Source: Macrostomum lignano
Taxonomy: Eukaryota
Length of the DNA: 64,000 nucleotides
Direction: 5' to 3'
Assembly: GCA_002269645.1 (NCBI GenBank)
Contig: NIVC01002325.1
Location: 62,001 to 126,000 of the forward strand
A program made the translations under genes and the position numbers. Of the stretch, positions 1 to 12,369 are shown in pieces. How positions within the stretch are numbered: position 1 is the first letter of the stretch; every line of letters begins with the position of its first letter. The notes beneath the pieces were generated by a model that ran no database searches, was not told where the DNA came from, and was given only the letters and a program-made list of their open reading frames with translations.

Positions 1-8
1 CTCCGCAG

Positions 9-70
9 GCGGAGCCGGTGGACGAGGAGGCCCCGCCCCGTGCTACGATGAGGCTGTGAACATGTGCTGA
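9..70 (+). CDS. Probable terminal exon of a gene starting left of the window (possibly another MS4A-like tail)
   Basis: Acceptor ccgcag at 3-8, then GC-rich codons ending PCYDEAVNMC-stop, resembling the PPxY-EA tails of downstream paralogs; reading frame ambiguous. Confidence 0.35.
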
Positions 71-415
71 CAGGTGAGCAGCTGCATCTGCGATGAGGCT
101 GTGAACATATGCTGACAGGTGAGCAGCTGCATCTGCGATGAGGCTGTGAACATGTGCTGACAGGTGAGCAGCTGCATCTGCGATGAGGCTGTGAACATGT
201 GCTGACAGGTGAGCAGCTGCATCTGCGATGAGGCTGTGAACATGTGCTGACAGGTGAGCAGCTGCATCTGCGATGAGGCTGTCAACATGTGCTGACAGGT
301 GAGCAGCTGCATCTGCGATGAGGCTGTCAACATGTGCTGACAGGTGAGCAGCTGCATCTGCGATGAGGCTGCGAACATGTGCTGACAGGTGAGCAGCTGC
401 ATCTGCGATGAGGCT
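47..415. repeat. 45-bp tandem array, about 8 copies
   Basis: Unit ATGAGGCTGTGAACATGTGCTGACAGGTGAGCAGCTGCATCTGCG. Confidence 0.95.
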
Positions 416-778
416 GCGCAGCGGGGAGTGAAACAAGTTTCACGCGCTTCGAAAGTACTGCTGTGTTGATCCAGCGCCAGGTGTAAAAATTACCTGTAAA
501 AAAATTAATGCTCTCCAATTAGTGCTTTTTTAAATCACAGCTAGATACAAATCGTATCTTATGCTTGCTGAGCTGAATAATGTTTTCACCGATTTGCTCA
601 GCAGTTTTTGCACAGAATCTTCCGGTTCAACATGGCTGTGCTGTCATTCACTTCAGTTCTGCCGACCTGTTGTTGCGGCATATTGTTACACATTCCAATT
701 ACACCAAATCTTACAGTTTACCTAGTCTCAGACTTTTACTGCCTTCATCAGTTTTTTTATGTTTTCAGTTAGGTAGCT

Positions 779-1572
779 AGGATTAAGCTTGTTAGATGCG
801 AACTCGCCACAGGTGTAGGATTCAGCTTGTTAGATGCGAACTCGCCACAGGTGTAGGATTAAGCTTGTTAGATGCGAACTCGCCACAGGTGTAGGATTAA
901 GCTTGTTAGATGCGAACTCGCCACAGGTGTAGTATTAAGCTTGTTAGATGCGAACTCGCCACAGGTGTAGGATTAAGCTTGTTAGATGCGAACTCGCCAC
1001 AGGTGTAGGATTAAGCTTGTTAGATGCGAACTCGCCACAGGTGTAGGATTAAGCTTGTTAGATGCGAACTCCCCACAGGTGTAGGATTAAGCTTGTTAGA
1101 TGCGAACTCGCCACAGGTGTAGGATTAAGCTTGTTAGATGCGAATTCGCCACAGGTGTAGGATTAAGCTTGTTAGATGCGAACTCGCCACAGGTGTAGGA
1201 TTAAGCTTGTTAGATGCGAATTCGCCACAGGTGTAGGATTCAGCTTGTTAGATGCGAACTCGCCACAGGTGTAGGATTGAGCTTGTTAGATGCGAACTCG
1301 CCACAGGTGTAGGATTAAGCTTGTTAGATGCGAACTCGCCACAGGTGTAGTAAGCTTGTTAGATGCGAACTCGCCACAGGTGTAGGATTAAGCTTGTTAG
1401 ATGCGAACTCGCCACAAGTGTAGGATTAAGCTTGTTAGATGCGAACTCGCCACAGGTGTAGGATTCAGCTTGTTAGATGCGAACTCGCCACAGGTGTAGG
1501 ATTCAGCTTGTTAGATGCGAACTCGCCACAGGTGTAGGATTCAGCTTGTTAGATGCGAACTCGCCACAGGTG
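779..1572. repeat. 38-bp tandem array, about 21 copies
   Basis: Unit GGATTAAGCTTGTTAGATGCGAACTCGCCACAGGTGTA. Confidence 0.95.
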
Positions 1573-2063
1573 TGACAAGTTCAGACAATCCCGGGCTCGA
1601 TAAAGCCAGAGTGACACTGGAAAAGCATATGGAAGCCACTGGCACACTGGAAAATCAGCTGTCTCTTAAAGGGTCATCAGCAGCAGCAACAGCACGGTGG
1701 GAAGCGTATTATAAAGCGGGCAGGGGTCTCTCATCAATAGTGGATTATCACTGAGACACTTCAGATTGGCTACTCAGACTCGTATATTCTCTTGTTATCT
1801 TGCAGTCCACGGCGCTTTTCATCAGCCATCATGCTGGAGGTTGCTCATTGATTGCTCATAATGACTGATCCAGCGCCAGTTGTGACCGATCCACCGAGCA
1901 CCGGACCGCCGCCTGCGCCCGAGCCGTCGGCACCGTTCTGGTTGGGCGTTTCGGAGACTCCAACTGTTGCTCTGTGAGCCGATTGGGACTTGCAAAGAGT
2001 TGCAAGGCTTCTGATTAAGCCAAGCTGCTCACCAACCCTCAGACCTCTCCGCAAACCCCTCCG

Positions 2064-2400
2064 CAAGCTACTTCAGCTCCTCATTCAGCCACTTCAGCTG
2101 CTTCAGCTCCTCATTCAGCCACTTCAGCTACTTCAGCTCCTCATTCAGCCACTTCAGCTACTTCAGCTCCTCATTCAGCCACTTCAGCTGCTTCAGCTCC
2201 TCATTCAGCCACTTCAGCTGCTTCAGCTCCTCATTCAGCCACTTCAGCTGCTTCAGCTCCTCATTCAGCCACTTCAGCTGCTTCAGCTCCTCATTCAGCC
2301 ACTTCAGCTCCTCATTCTGCTACTTCAGCACCTCATTCAGCCACTTCAGCACCTCATTCAGCCACTTCAGCTCCTCATTCTGCTACTTCAGCACCTCATT
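2064..2400. repeat. 30-bp tandem array
   Basis: Unit CTTCAGCTCCTCATTCAGCCACTTCAGCTG. Confidence 0.95.
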
Positions 2401-2447
2401 CATGCTCCTGCCCGTCTCTGGCCTACTTGAGGAAGAACTTCAAGCTG

Positions 2448-2867
2448 ATGAACTCAGAGCTGCACTTTCGCCTCCTGCGGCTTCTGTCCATTTTGTCAGC
2501 GGTCTGCTTCGTGTTGTGGGCGGCCTTCTTTGTTGGCTACTTGGCCAGCGTCCGGCCGACCCGCAACGGTACGGAAATAATTGTGGGCCCGGAAGTCCCG
2601 TACGAGACCTGCTTCTACAAGCAGCTGGTGGTCAGAGGCCTCACCTGCGTTGGCGTGGCCGCCTCGCTAGTTGGTGCCATCGCCTTCAACTGTGCCCGTT
2701 GCGCGGCGCAACGGCAGGCGGCCGAGACGGCGGCAGGCACTGGCGACCAATTAGCGACTGCTGCGCTCTACCCTCAGCCTGGCCCGCCTCCCCAGGCTGC
2801 GGCGGGCACTTTGACTGCTGAGACCGCATCTCAGGATGGGAGAGCGAATGGGGATGGGAGAGAGTGA
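2448..2867 (+). CDS. Two-TM membrane protein, probably the TM3-TM4 half of an MS4A-like paralog; 5' end uncertain
   Basis: Two hydrophobic helices; loop IVGPEVPYETCFYKQLVVR resembles YVGPEGSVSSPTAFRVLYIR of the 27536 paralog; Cys pair after the last TM and a Pro/Gln tail. Confidence 0.5.
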   Translation: MNSELHFRLLRLLSILSAVCFVLWAAFFVGYLASVRPTRNGTEIIVGPEVPYETCFYKQLVVRGLTCVGVAASLVGAIAFNCARCAAQRQAAETAAGTGDQLATAALYPQPGPPPQAAAGTLTAETASQDGRANGDGRE

Positions 2868-4340
2868 TTGGGGATGGATGAGAGTGATTGGGGATGAGAG
2901 AGGGTCAATGGAGATGGGAGAGAGTGATTGGGGATGGATGAGAGTGATTGGGGATGAGAGAGGGTCAATGGAGATGGGAGAGAGTGATTGGGGATGGGAG
3001 AGAGTGATTGGGATGGGAGAGAGTGATTGGGGATGAGAGAGGGTCAATGGTGATGGGAGAGAGTGAGTGGCGATGGGAGAGAGTGAATAGGGATGAGAGA
3101 GAGAGTGAATGGGGATGGGAGAGAGTGAATGGGGATGGAAGAGAGTGAATGGGGATGGGAGAGGGTGAATGGGGATGGGAGAGAGTGAATGGGGATGGGA
3201 GAGAGTGAATAGGGATGGGGGAGAGTGAATGGGGATGGGAGAGAGTGAATGGGGATGGGAGAGAGTGAATGGGGATGGGAGAGAGTGATTGGGGATGGAA
3301 GAGAGTGAATGGGGATGGAAGAGAGTGAATGGGGATGGAAGAGAGTGAATGGGGATGGGAGAGGGTGATTGGGATGGGAGAGAGTGATTGGGGATGGGAG
3401 AGAGTGATTGGGATGGGAGAGAGTGATTGGGGATGAGAGAGGGTCAATGGTGATGGGAGAGAGTGAGTGGCGATGGGAGAGAGTGATTGGGATGGGAGAG
3501 AGTGATTGGGGATGGAAGAGAGTGAATGGGGATGGAAGAGAGTGAATGGGGATGGGAGAGGGTGAATGGGGATGGGAGAGAGTGAATGGGGATGGGAGAG
3601 AGTGAATGGGGATGGGAGAGGGTGAATGGGTATGGGAGAGAGTGAATAGGGATGGGAGAGTGAATGGGGATGGGAGAGAGTGAATGGGGATGGGAGAGAG
3701 TGAATGGGGATGGGAGAGAGTGAATGGGGATGGGAGAGAGTGAATAGGGATGGGAGAGGGTGAATGGGTATGGGAGAGAGTGAATAGGGATGGGAGAGAG
3801 TGAATGGGATGGGAGAGAGTGATTGGGGATGGAAGAGAGTGAATGGGTATGGGAGAGAGTGAATGGGGATGGGAGAGGGTGAATGGGTATGGGAGAGAGT
3901 GAATAGGGATGGGAGAGAGTGAATGGGGATGGGAGAGAGTGAATGGGGATGGAAGAGAGTGAATGGGGATGGAAGAGAGTGAATGGGGATGGGAGAGAGT
4001 GAATGGGGATGGAAGAGAGTGAATGGGGATGGGAGAGAGTGAATGGGGATGGAAGAGAGTGAATGGGGATGGAAGAGAGTGAATGGGGATGGGAGAGAGT
4101 GAATAGGGATGGGAGAGAGTGAATGGGGATGGAAGAGAGTGAATGGGGATGGGAGAGAGTGAATGGGGATGGAAGAGAGTGAATGGGGATGGAAGAGAGT
4201 GAATAGGGATGGGAGAAAGTGACTAGGGATGGAAGAGAGTGAATAGGGATGGGAGAGAGTGAATAGGGATGGGAGAGAGTGAATAGGGATGGGAGAGAGT
4301 GAATGGGGATGGAAGAGAGTGAATGGGGATGGGAGAGGGT
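2836..4340. repeat. Purine-rich ~20-bp tandem array
   Basis: Unit GGGATGGGAGAGAGTGAATG with variants. Confidence 0.95.
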
Positions 4341-4702
4341 GTTTCCATGGTTGCGTTTGGGACTAAAACATAACTTCAAGTATTTATTTGTTTTTCAACC
4401 GCACTCTGCTTGCTTTTAATTCTAAATCTAGTCTAAATCTAGTATTTCGCTACTCCTAGCTTTCGATTGTCAGCTTCCTTTTTCATTTTCATGTACAGCC
4501 GTTTATGCCATGTTTATAAATTATTTCTGTCGCTCTGTGTGGCAGTCGAACTGTTGTTCACTAAATAAACCGGCCTGTCGCTGGATAATTGCGCCTAGCA
4601 AATAGCATAGTGAATTGTATTCGATTTCAAGTTCTACGGTTTGAAAGAAAATATATTGAAGGTTTAGGGCGAGGGCAGAGCAGGTTGTCATTGTGTCAGA
4701 TT

Positions 4703-5590
4703 GTGTGTCATTGTGTCAGCTCGTGTGTCAGATTGTCTCAGTTCATGTGTCATTGTGTCAGATTGTGTGTCATTGTGTCAGCTCGTGTGTCATTGTGTCA
4801 GTCCGTGTGTCAGATTGTCTCAGCCCATGTATCATTGTGTCAGCTCGTGTGTCAGATTGTCTCAGTTCATGTGTCATTGTGTCAGATTGTCTCAGCCCAT
4901 GTGTCATTTTGTCAGCTCGTGTGTCAGATTGTCTCAGCCCATGTGTCATTTTGTCAGCTCGTGTGTCAGATTGTCTCAGCCCATGTGTCATTTTGTCAGC
5001 TCGTGTGTCAGATTGTCTCAGCCCATGTGTCATTTTGTCAGCTCGTGTGTCAGATTGTCTCAGCCCATTTGTCATTTTATCAGCTCGTGTGTCAGATTGT
5101 CTCAGCCCATGTGTCATTTTGTCAGCTCGTGTGTCAGATTGTCTCAGCCCATGTGTCATTTTGTCAGCTCGTGTGTCAGATTGTCTCAGCCCATTTGTCA
5201 TTTTGTCAGCTCGTGTGTCAGATTGTCTCAGCCCATGTGTCATTGTTTCAGATTGTGTGTCAGATTGTCTCAGCCCTTGTGTCATTGTGTCAGCTCGTGT
5301 GTCAGATTGTCTCAGCCCATGTGTCATTGTGTCAGATTTTGTGTCAGATTGTGTGTCAGATTGTCTCAGCCCATGTGTCATTGTGTCAGCTCGTGTGTCA
5401 GATTGTCTCAGCCCATGTGTCATTTTGTCAGCTCGTGTGTCAGATTGTCTCAGCCCATGTGTCATTTTGTCAGCTCGTGTGTCAGATTGTCTCAGCCCAT
5501 GTGTCATTGTGTCAGATTTTGTGTCAGATTGTGTGTCAGATTGTCTCAGCCCATGTGTCATTGTTTCAGCTGGTGTTTCAGATTGTTTCA
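4703..5590. repeat. 42-bp tandem array with TGTCA sub-repeats
   Basis: Unit GTGTCAGATTGTCTCAGCCCATGTGTCATTTTGTCAGCTCGT. Confidence 0.95.
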
Positions 5591-5829
5591 ATAGCATTTC
5601 CTAGTCACATTATGTCATTCCATGTGCCAGGGTATATGACATCTGTGCGTCATGTTCTGTCAGCTGGCAAGTCAGATGTCAAAAGTCAGTGATAAATTGT
5701 GTCAGCTTATCGATTTCATTCCCAGAATGCAGGATTCGAGATTTGGGTCAGACAGAAATATTTTTGTCGTACTTTGTGTCAGCCCGTGTGTCAGGTCAGT
5801 TTTCCCGCACCAATCTCATGCCCCCGCAG

Positions 5830-7733
5830 GCCAGCCAATGAGCGGCAGTACCTACGCCAGCCGCGTGCCGAAGGCGGTGCTGCGGAGTCACGTGATAATG
5901 GGCATCATGCAGTTGGCGGTTGGCTGCCTGCTCATCGCCCTGACCATCGTAGGCGTGGCCACCAAGCAAACCTACTACCAGTCTGTGGGCAGCGGATTCT
6001 GGGCCGGCCCCTTCGTCGTCGCAGCTGGCATATCCGGCCTTCAAGCCGGCCGCGGCTCTTGCGGCACCCTCTGCTGCGTGGTCACCTGTCTGGTGTTCTC
6101 CATCATTGCCAGCTGCCTGGCCTTCCCTGGCCTCGTCCTCGATGCCATCATGGCCTCAAACAACCTCTACACGTTCAACTCGGCCACCGCCGGCAGCCGC
6201 GGCAGCGAGGTCCTCTTCCGCGTCACCTACGCCACCAATGTGATCTGCGCCCTGCTGTACGCCTTCGAGTTCGTGCTGGCCATCGTGCACTCGGTGTACG
6301 CCTGCCGCGCCTCCTGCTGCTGCGTGCCGGCTTCCCCGCCCATGCAGCCGGGCCACGGCCAGCAGGGCAACCCCTATGTGGTCAGTCAGCCCTTCTGTGC
6401 AATGGGGTGCAATGGGGTGAATGTGCAACACTCCACTTAGCTGTAGGGTCCCCTGTTGTAAAGAGCTGAAGAGTCCTTGCAAACAGCTCACCAGTGACTC
6501 TGGCGACTCAGGGGCGACTCTTGTGACTTTTAACGAGTCAACGGGCTGTAATGCGATGCAGAGGCGACTGTATAATCGTAAAAGAGTTGCGAAAATGTCG
6601 TTTAAGAGTCATTTTGTTAGTGCTCAACTTTCTACTAACTTGAGTAGACTAAAATAGAGTTGTTATAAATGCGAACTGCGATTATAATTCATAGAGTGAC
6701 GCAGATGCGCTTTAGGCGCAACTCAGGAATTTTACAACGACTTTCAAGTACGACTCAAACACGATCCCAGAGTGATTATAGAAGCGCCTCAGAGTTGTTT
6801 CAGAGTCGTAGACAACAAGGCGCCTTAAATTGACTCTTAGGCGACTCTTTCACGACTTTGTGGCGACTTGTACTGTGCACCTCGTCGTTTTAGGGTCGTC
6901 TAGAGACGCTTCTTTTCTATTTTACCTGTACGAGTCTGGAACACTTCTTGACCCAGTTGCCGTTTTCAGCAGGGTCAGCGGGAGGCTTCGCCGCCCATTC
7001 CGCTAAGAACCCCTGGTGACCTCGGACAGCTGATGCTTCGGTGTCGCTCAGGAAAGGCGTCGCTGGCTAAGGCCATGGCCCCATTTCCACAGTCGTTGTC
7101 AATAGTCAGGTCAAGCAGTGGGGGGTATCCAAGCACAGGGAGAGGTGGGCAAACCCCCCCCCCCCGGCTGCCTGACTCAACCACAGTGACCAGCTGGAGC
7201 AGTCATGCCTGCTTGGCTAAGCCTTGGTAGAAAATCCGTATTGAAGAATTGTCTATTCTTTCTCTTCAATATTGAGAATGCGGAGCACTTCATCTGTGAA
7301 TGCCCCGCCTATACTCGAGCAGGCTCGCCTACCACGGTGAAGTGGACTTTTGTGCGCGGTCACAGTACCTTGGGGCTCGTCCAGAAGAGTTTACCTGTAT
7401 CTTTCCGCGCGATGCTTGCCCATGGGGCCAGCCTCCCAAGGCAATTTGTGTCAGCTCATGTGTCAGATCGGCAAGCATATCGATTTGAGCCCGTGACCTC
7501 AGCTGAGATGCCGCCCCCTTACTTTCCCTGTCGCGCAGGTGGTCAACGTGGCCTCTCAGCAGCAGCAGCAGCAGCCGCACCCGCCCTACCACCCGTATCC
7601 TTCGCACCAGCCCGCCTTCAACCCAGGCTTACTGCCGCCGTCTCAGCCGGAGCAGCCGCCCTCCTACGACCAGGCCATGCAGGAAGCCGCAGCTGCCGGG
7701 CCTGCGGCTGCCAGCGCCCCGCCCAAGTTCTGA
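5830..7733 (+). CDS. MS4A/CD20-like tetraspan protein; exons 5830-6380 and 7539-7733, ATG at 5838 or in an upstream exon
   Basis: LRSHVIMGIMQLAVG, GFWAGPFVVAAG and [15 protein letters not shown] motifs; phase-0 GTCAGT...CGCAG intron joins a Q/P tail with PPSY. Confidence 0.85.
6465..6935 (+). repeat. Dispersed GAGTC/GACTC-rich repeat, copy 1
   Basis: Colinear similarity to 49667-50042 (GAGTCCTTGC.AACAGC, AGAGTTGCGAAAA, TAGACTAAA, TTGACTCTTAGGCGACT, TTACCTGT). Confidence 0.75.
7262..7430 (+). mobile_element. Non-LTR retrotransposon ORF2 C-terminal remnant
   Basis: ENAEHFICECPAY followed, after a frameshift, by RSQYLG, typical of the LINE C-terminal zinc knuckle. Confidence 0.55.
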
Positions 7734-7899
7734 GCCGAAAGTTCTGGCAAACCGGCAGTGCGCTGAAATCGCGTTATAAACTGACCTCTGCACCCGAAAC
7801 TGGACAACCGCTTCCTTGTTGTGTTTTTGTTTACTTAGGCGCTTCTTTTGGCACCGCACTGATGCACCTGGGTTGTTCTCGCTCGGGTCAATCTCATTG

Positions 7900-9170
7900 G
7901 AGTGTGTCAGGCTCGCTGTGGTGAGTACTTGTGTCAGTGTCACTAGAGTGTGTCAGACTCGCTGTGGTGAGTACTTGTGTCAGTGTCACTAGAGTGTGTC
8001 AGACTCGCTGTGGTCAGTACTTGTGTCAGTGTCACTAGAGTGTGTCAGACTCGCTGTGGTCAGTACTTGTGTCAGTGTCACTAAAGTGTGTCACACTCGC
8101 TGTGGTCAGTACTTGTGTCAGTGTCACTGGAGTGTGTCAGACTCGCCTGTGGTCAGTGTCAGTGGAGTGTGTCAGACTCGCTGTGGTCAGTGTCAGTGGA
8201 GTGTGTCAGACTCGCCTGTGGTCAGTGTCAGTGGAGTGTGTCAGACTCGCTGTGGTCAGTGTCAGTGGAGTGTGTTAGACTCGCCTGTGGTCAGTGTCAC
8301 TGGAGTGTGCCAGACTCGCCTGTGGTCAGTGTCAGTGGAGTGTGTGAGACTCGCTGTGGTCAGTGTCACTGGAGTGTGTCAGACTCGCTGTGGTGAGTAC
8401 TTGTGTCAGTGCTACTGGAGTGTGTCAGACTCACTGTGGTCAGTGTCAGTGGAGTGTGTGAGACTCGCTGTGGTCAGTGTCACTGGAGTGTGTCAGACTC
8501 GCTGTGGTGAGTACTTGTGTCAGTGCTACTGGAGTGTGTCAGACTCACTGTGGTCAGTGTCAGTGGAGTGTCAGACTCGCCTGTGGTCAGTGTCACTGGA
8601 GTGTGTCAGACTCACTGTGGTCAGTGTCAGTGGAGTGTGTCAGACTCGCTGTGGTCAGTGTCAGTGGAGTGTGTCAGACTCGCTGTGGTCAGTGTCAGTG
8701 GAGTGTGTCAGACTCGCTGTGGTGAGTACTTGTGTCAGTGTCAGTGGAGTGTGTCAGACTCGCTGTGGTCAGTGTCACTGGAGTGTGTCAGACTCACTGT
8801 GGTCAGTGTCAGTGGAGTGTGTCAGACTCGCTGTGGTCAGTGTCAGTGGAGTGTGTCAGACTCGCTGTGGTCAGTGTCAGTGGAGTGTGTCAGACTCGCT
8901 GTGGTGAGTACTTGTGTCAGTGTCAGTGGAGTGTGTCAGACTCGCTGTGGTCAGTGTCACTGGAGTGTGTCAGACTCGCTGTGGTCAGTGTCACTGGAGT
9001 GTGTCAGACTCGCTGTGGTCAGTGTCAGTGGAGTGTGTCAGACTCGCTGTGGTCAGTGTCAGTGGAGTTAGATAGACTCGCCTGTGGTCAGTGTCAGTGG
9101 AGTGTGTCAGACTCGCTGTGGTCAGTGTCAGTGGAGTTAGATAGACTCGCCTGTGGTCAGTGTCAGTGTT
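7900..9170. repeat. ~34-bp tandem array with 35- and 46-bp variants
   Basis: Unit AGTGGAGTGTGTCAGACTCGCTGTGGTCAGTGTC. Confidence 0.95.
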
Positions 9171-9599
9171 CCAGTGCTGCACTTTTGCACCAATATCTGC
9201 CGGTTGGCGCATGTTTCAGATGTAATTTCACTTCATTCGCAAAATTTTAAAACACTTTTTACTTAAATCCGAACTTCTCTGCACAGTTGTAGTGCGCAAA
9301 TTGGAAATTATTTACTCACCATTCCATGTTTATACTAGTAAAGCACAGCCAAAACTTTGTTTATGCTTATTCTGACTTATTTTATTGGACAATTTTAGCC
9401 AAAGTATTTCGATCGTTGCTTCTCAGCGCGCTTTTGCAACGCAAAATTTATTGTAATCACCATGTAATCACTAAATTTGCCGCTTCCCTGACCATATTGT
9501 TTTTTTCTCAAAGATTTTATTTTATTTTCATGCCCTACTCATAGCATCAACTGCAGATTTTTTGCTTCATTTTGTTTATGTGGGAAATAACTTTTTATA

Positions 9600-9770
9600 G
9601 ATGTTACAGTCAGCTGTAGTCATACACTACGTACAGTTAGCTGTGATCATAGACAGTGCAGTCAGCTGTGGTCATAGTGCAGTCAGATGTGCTCATAGTC
9701 AGTACAGTCAGATGTGCTCATAGTCAGTACAGTCAGATGTGCTCATAGTCAGTACAGTCAGATGTGCTCA
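9600..9770. repeat. 25-bp tandem array, homologous to 12100-12300
   Basis: Unit CAGTCAG(C/A)TGTG(G/C)TCATAG(A/T)CAGTA. Confidence 0.85.
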
Positions 9771-9879
9771 TAAAAAGGACAGGTTCAATATCTGACGGTA
9801 GGGTTCAAGTTCAGATGGTAGGGTTTAGGATCTAATGTATGGTTCAGGATCTAATGGTCGGACCACAGTCGGGCTTCAG

Positions 9880-10395
9880 GACGACAGCCAGGGTTCAGGC
9901 CACAGCCAGGGTTCAGGACCACAGTCAGGGTTCAGGACCACACAGCCAGGGTTCAGGACCACAGCCAGGGTTCAGGACCACAGCCAGGGTTCAGGACCAC
10001 AGTCAGGGTTCAGGACCACAGCCAGGGTTCAGGACCACAGCCAGGGTTCAGGACCACAGTCAGGGTTCAGGACCACACAGCCAGGGTTCAGGACCACAGT
10101 CAGGGTTCAGGACCACAGCCAGGCTTCAGGACCACAGCCAGGGTTCAGGACCACAGTCAGGGTTCAGGACCACACAGCCAGGGTTCAGGACCACAGCCAG
10201 GGTTCAGGACCACAGCCAGGGTTCAGGACCACAGCCAGGGTTCAGGACCACAGCCAGGGTTCAGGACCACAGCCAGGGTTCAGGACCACAGTCAGGCTTC
10301 AGGACCACAGCCAGGCTTCAGGACCACAGCCAGGGTTCAGGACCACAGTCAGGCTTCAGGACCACAGTCAGGGTTCAGGACCACAGTCAGGCTTC
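9880..10395. repeat. 19-bp tandem array
   Basis: Unit ACAGCCAGGGTTCAGGACC. Confidence 0.95.
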
Positions 10396-10446
10396 AGTAT
10401 CAGATTCGCATCTGTTGAAGCGATGAATTTTGATGCCATTCCTGCC

Positions 10447-11039
10447 ATGGCTGCAGAGCAACCTGAGCACAGCACGGACTCTGAGCTCACCGCCTACGCC
10501 AGGCTGGTGCCCAGCTGGGTGCTCAGAGGTCACGTGATCATGGGCGGCATCCAGCTGTGCATCGGGCTGCTGCTGCTGCTCCTGGCTGTCTATGGCCTTC
10601 TCGCCGCCGACCAGTCCGCCAGCACCAACACGTTCTCGGATTCTGGTCCGCCTTCTTCTTCATCCCCGCCGGTGCCACGGGCCTGGCCGGAGGCAGGGGC
10701 CGCGCCAACACGCTGTGCTGCATCGTGTCCTGTCTGGTGCTCAGCATCCTGGCCGCCTGTGTTGGATTCTTAGCGATTTTGGCCAACGCCCTGATGGCTT
10801 CGGGATCGGCGTATCGCTGTGACCGCAATATCTACTGGTGTGTGCGCTTCATGCCGTCCGACATCCTCTGGTTCCTGTTGTTTTTTACTGAGCTGGTGGT
10901 GGCCATCGTCCATGCCGCCTTCTCCTGCCGCGCCTGCTGCTGCGTCGACAAGAACCGTCAAGACCGTGAGGTGCTGGCGATCAGCTTTGCTGAAGGCGAG
11001 CAGCCGCCTGTTTATTCGCCGCCGCAGGCTGAAGTGTAA
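10447..11039 (+). CDS. MS4A/CD20-like protein with one -1 frameshift at ~10638 (assembly error or pseudogene)
   Basis: MAAEQ...VLRGHVIMGGIQLCIG continues as GFWSAFFFIPAG...AIVHAAFSCRACCC...PPVY if one G is restored (TCG GGA TTC, as in the 13229 paralog). Confidence 0.8.
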
Positions 11040-11229
11040 CTTCGGGTGCTGACCGTTCCGGCGCCCCGGCCCGGTAGACTCTTCCGGATTTCTATCTTGT
11101 AGCGGAATCTTAGCTTTCTCATTCTATTTTCTGTAGACGTTGAGTCTTCAAGCTTAAATATTCTGATACACATTTTCAAGCTATGATTTTCTTATGATTC
11201 GCTTATGACCTGATATGACTGCATGATCC

Positions 11230-11750
11230 GGATAAATTCTTTGTATGACCTCCGTATATGATTTGTGTATGATCTGGATATGATCTGTGTATGACCTCTG
11301 TGTATGACCTCTGTGTATGATCTGTGTATGGTTTGTGTATGACCTCGGTATGATCTGTGTATGACCTCTGTGTATGGTCTGTGTATGACCTCTGTGTATG
11401 ACCTCTGTGTATGATCTGTGTATGGTTTGTGTATGACCTCGGTATGATCTGTGTATGACCTCTGTGTATAGTCTGTGTATGACCTCTGTGTATGGTCTGT
11501 GTATGACCTCTGTGTATGGTCTGTGTATGACCTCTGTGTATGGTCTGTGTATGGTCTGTGTATGACCTCTGTGTATGGTCTGTGTATGACCTCTGTGTAT
11601 GATCTGTGTATGACCTCTGTGTATGATTTGTGTATACCTCTGTGTATGATCTGTGTATGGTCTGTGTATGGTCTGTGTATGACCTCTGTGTATGATCTGT
11701 GTATGACCTCTGTATGATTTGTGTATGACCCAGTGAATGATCTCTGTATG
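11230..11750. repeat. 11/13-bp TGTGTATGA array
   Basis: Units TGTGTATGACCTC and TGTGTATGATC. Confidence 0.9.
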
Positions 11751-12099
11751 AACGCTGTGCATGTTCTTCGCAAATTGGAATTAGGTGCTCAACATTCCAT
11801 TTTAATACTAGCAAAACACGGACAAACGTTATTTAAGCTTATTCAGACTGATTTTTCATCGATAATTTTTTGCCAATGTATTTCCATTGTTATTTTTCAG
11901 CGCGTTTTTGCAACGCAAGTTTTACGAGTACTGCAATCTACTGGTAATCACTTTGAAGTTGCCACTTCCCTAACCATTTTTATTTTCAAAGATTTTAGAT
12001 AGGATTAAAGATTTTGGTGTTGGTTTTTGTTGGTGTTGGAAAAGATGTTCGTTTTTTGCTTCATTTAAATTTTATGTAGGAAATAAATTTTATGAAAGA

Positions 12100-12300
12100 G
12101 TTGTGGTCATAGACAGTACAGTCAGATGTGGTCATAGACATTACAGTCAGCTGTGGTCATAGACAGTGCAGTCAGCTGTGGTCATAGACAGTACAGTCAG
12201 CTGTGATCATAGACAGTACAGTCAGCTGTGGTCATAGACAGTACAGTCAGCTGTGGTCATAGACAGTACAGTCAGCTGTGGTCATAGACAGTACAGTCAA
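12100..12300. repeat. 25-bp tandem array
   Basis: Unit CAGTCAGCTGTGGTCATAGACAGTA. Confidence 0.9.
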
Positions 12301-12369
12301 CTGTATGGTAGTCTGAGATGGTATGCTTCAGGACCACAGCCAGGCTTCAGGATCACAGTCGCTCTGCCC

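Noticed and set aside
779-1572. CRISPR-like appearance of 30-45 bp repeats here and elsewhere
   Set aside because: Head-to-tail repeats without unique spacers, no cas genes, eukaryotic context
3444-9250. Long Cys/His/Val-rich ORFs (3444-4379, 4589-5692, 7996-9250)
   Set aside because: Translations of tandem arrays in several overlapping frames; not metallothionein or zinc-finger genes
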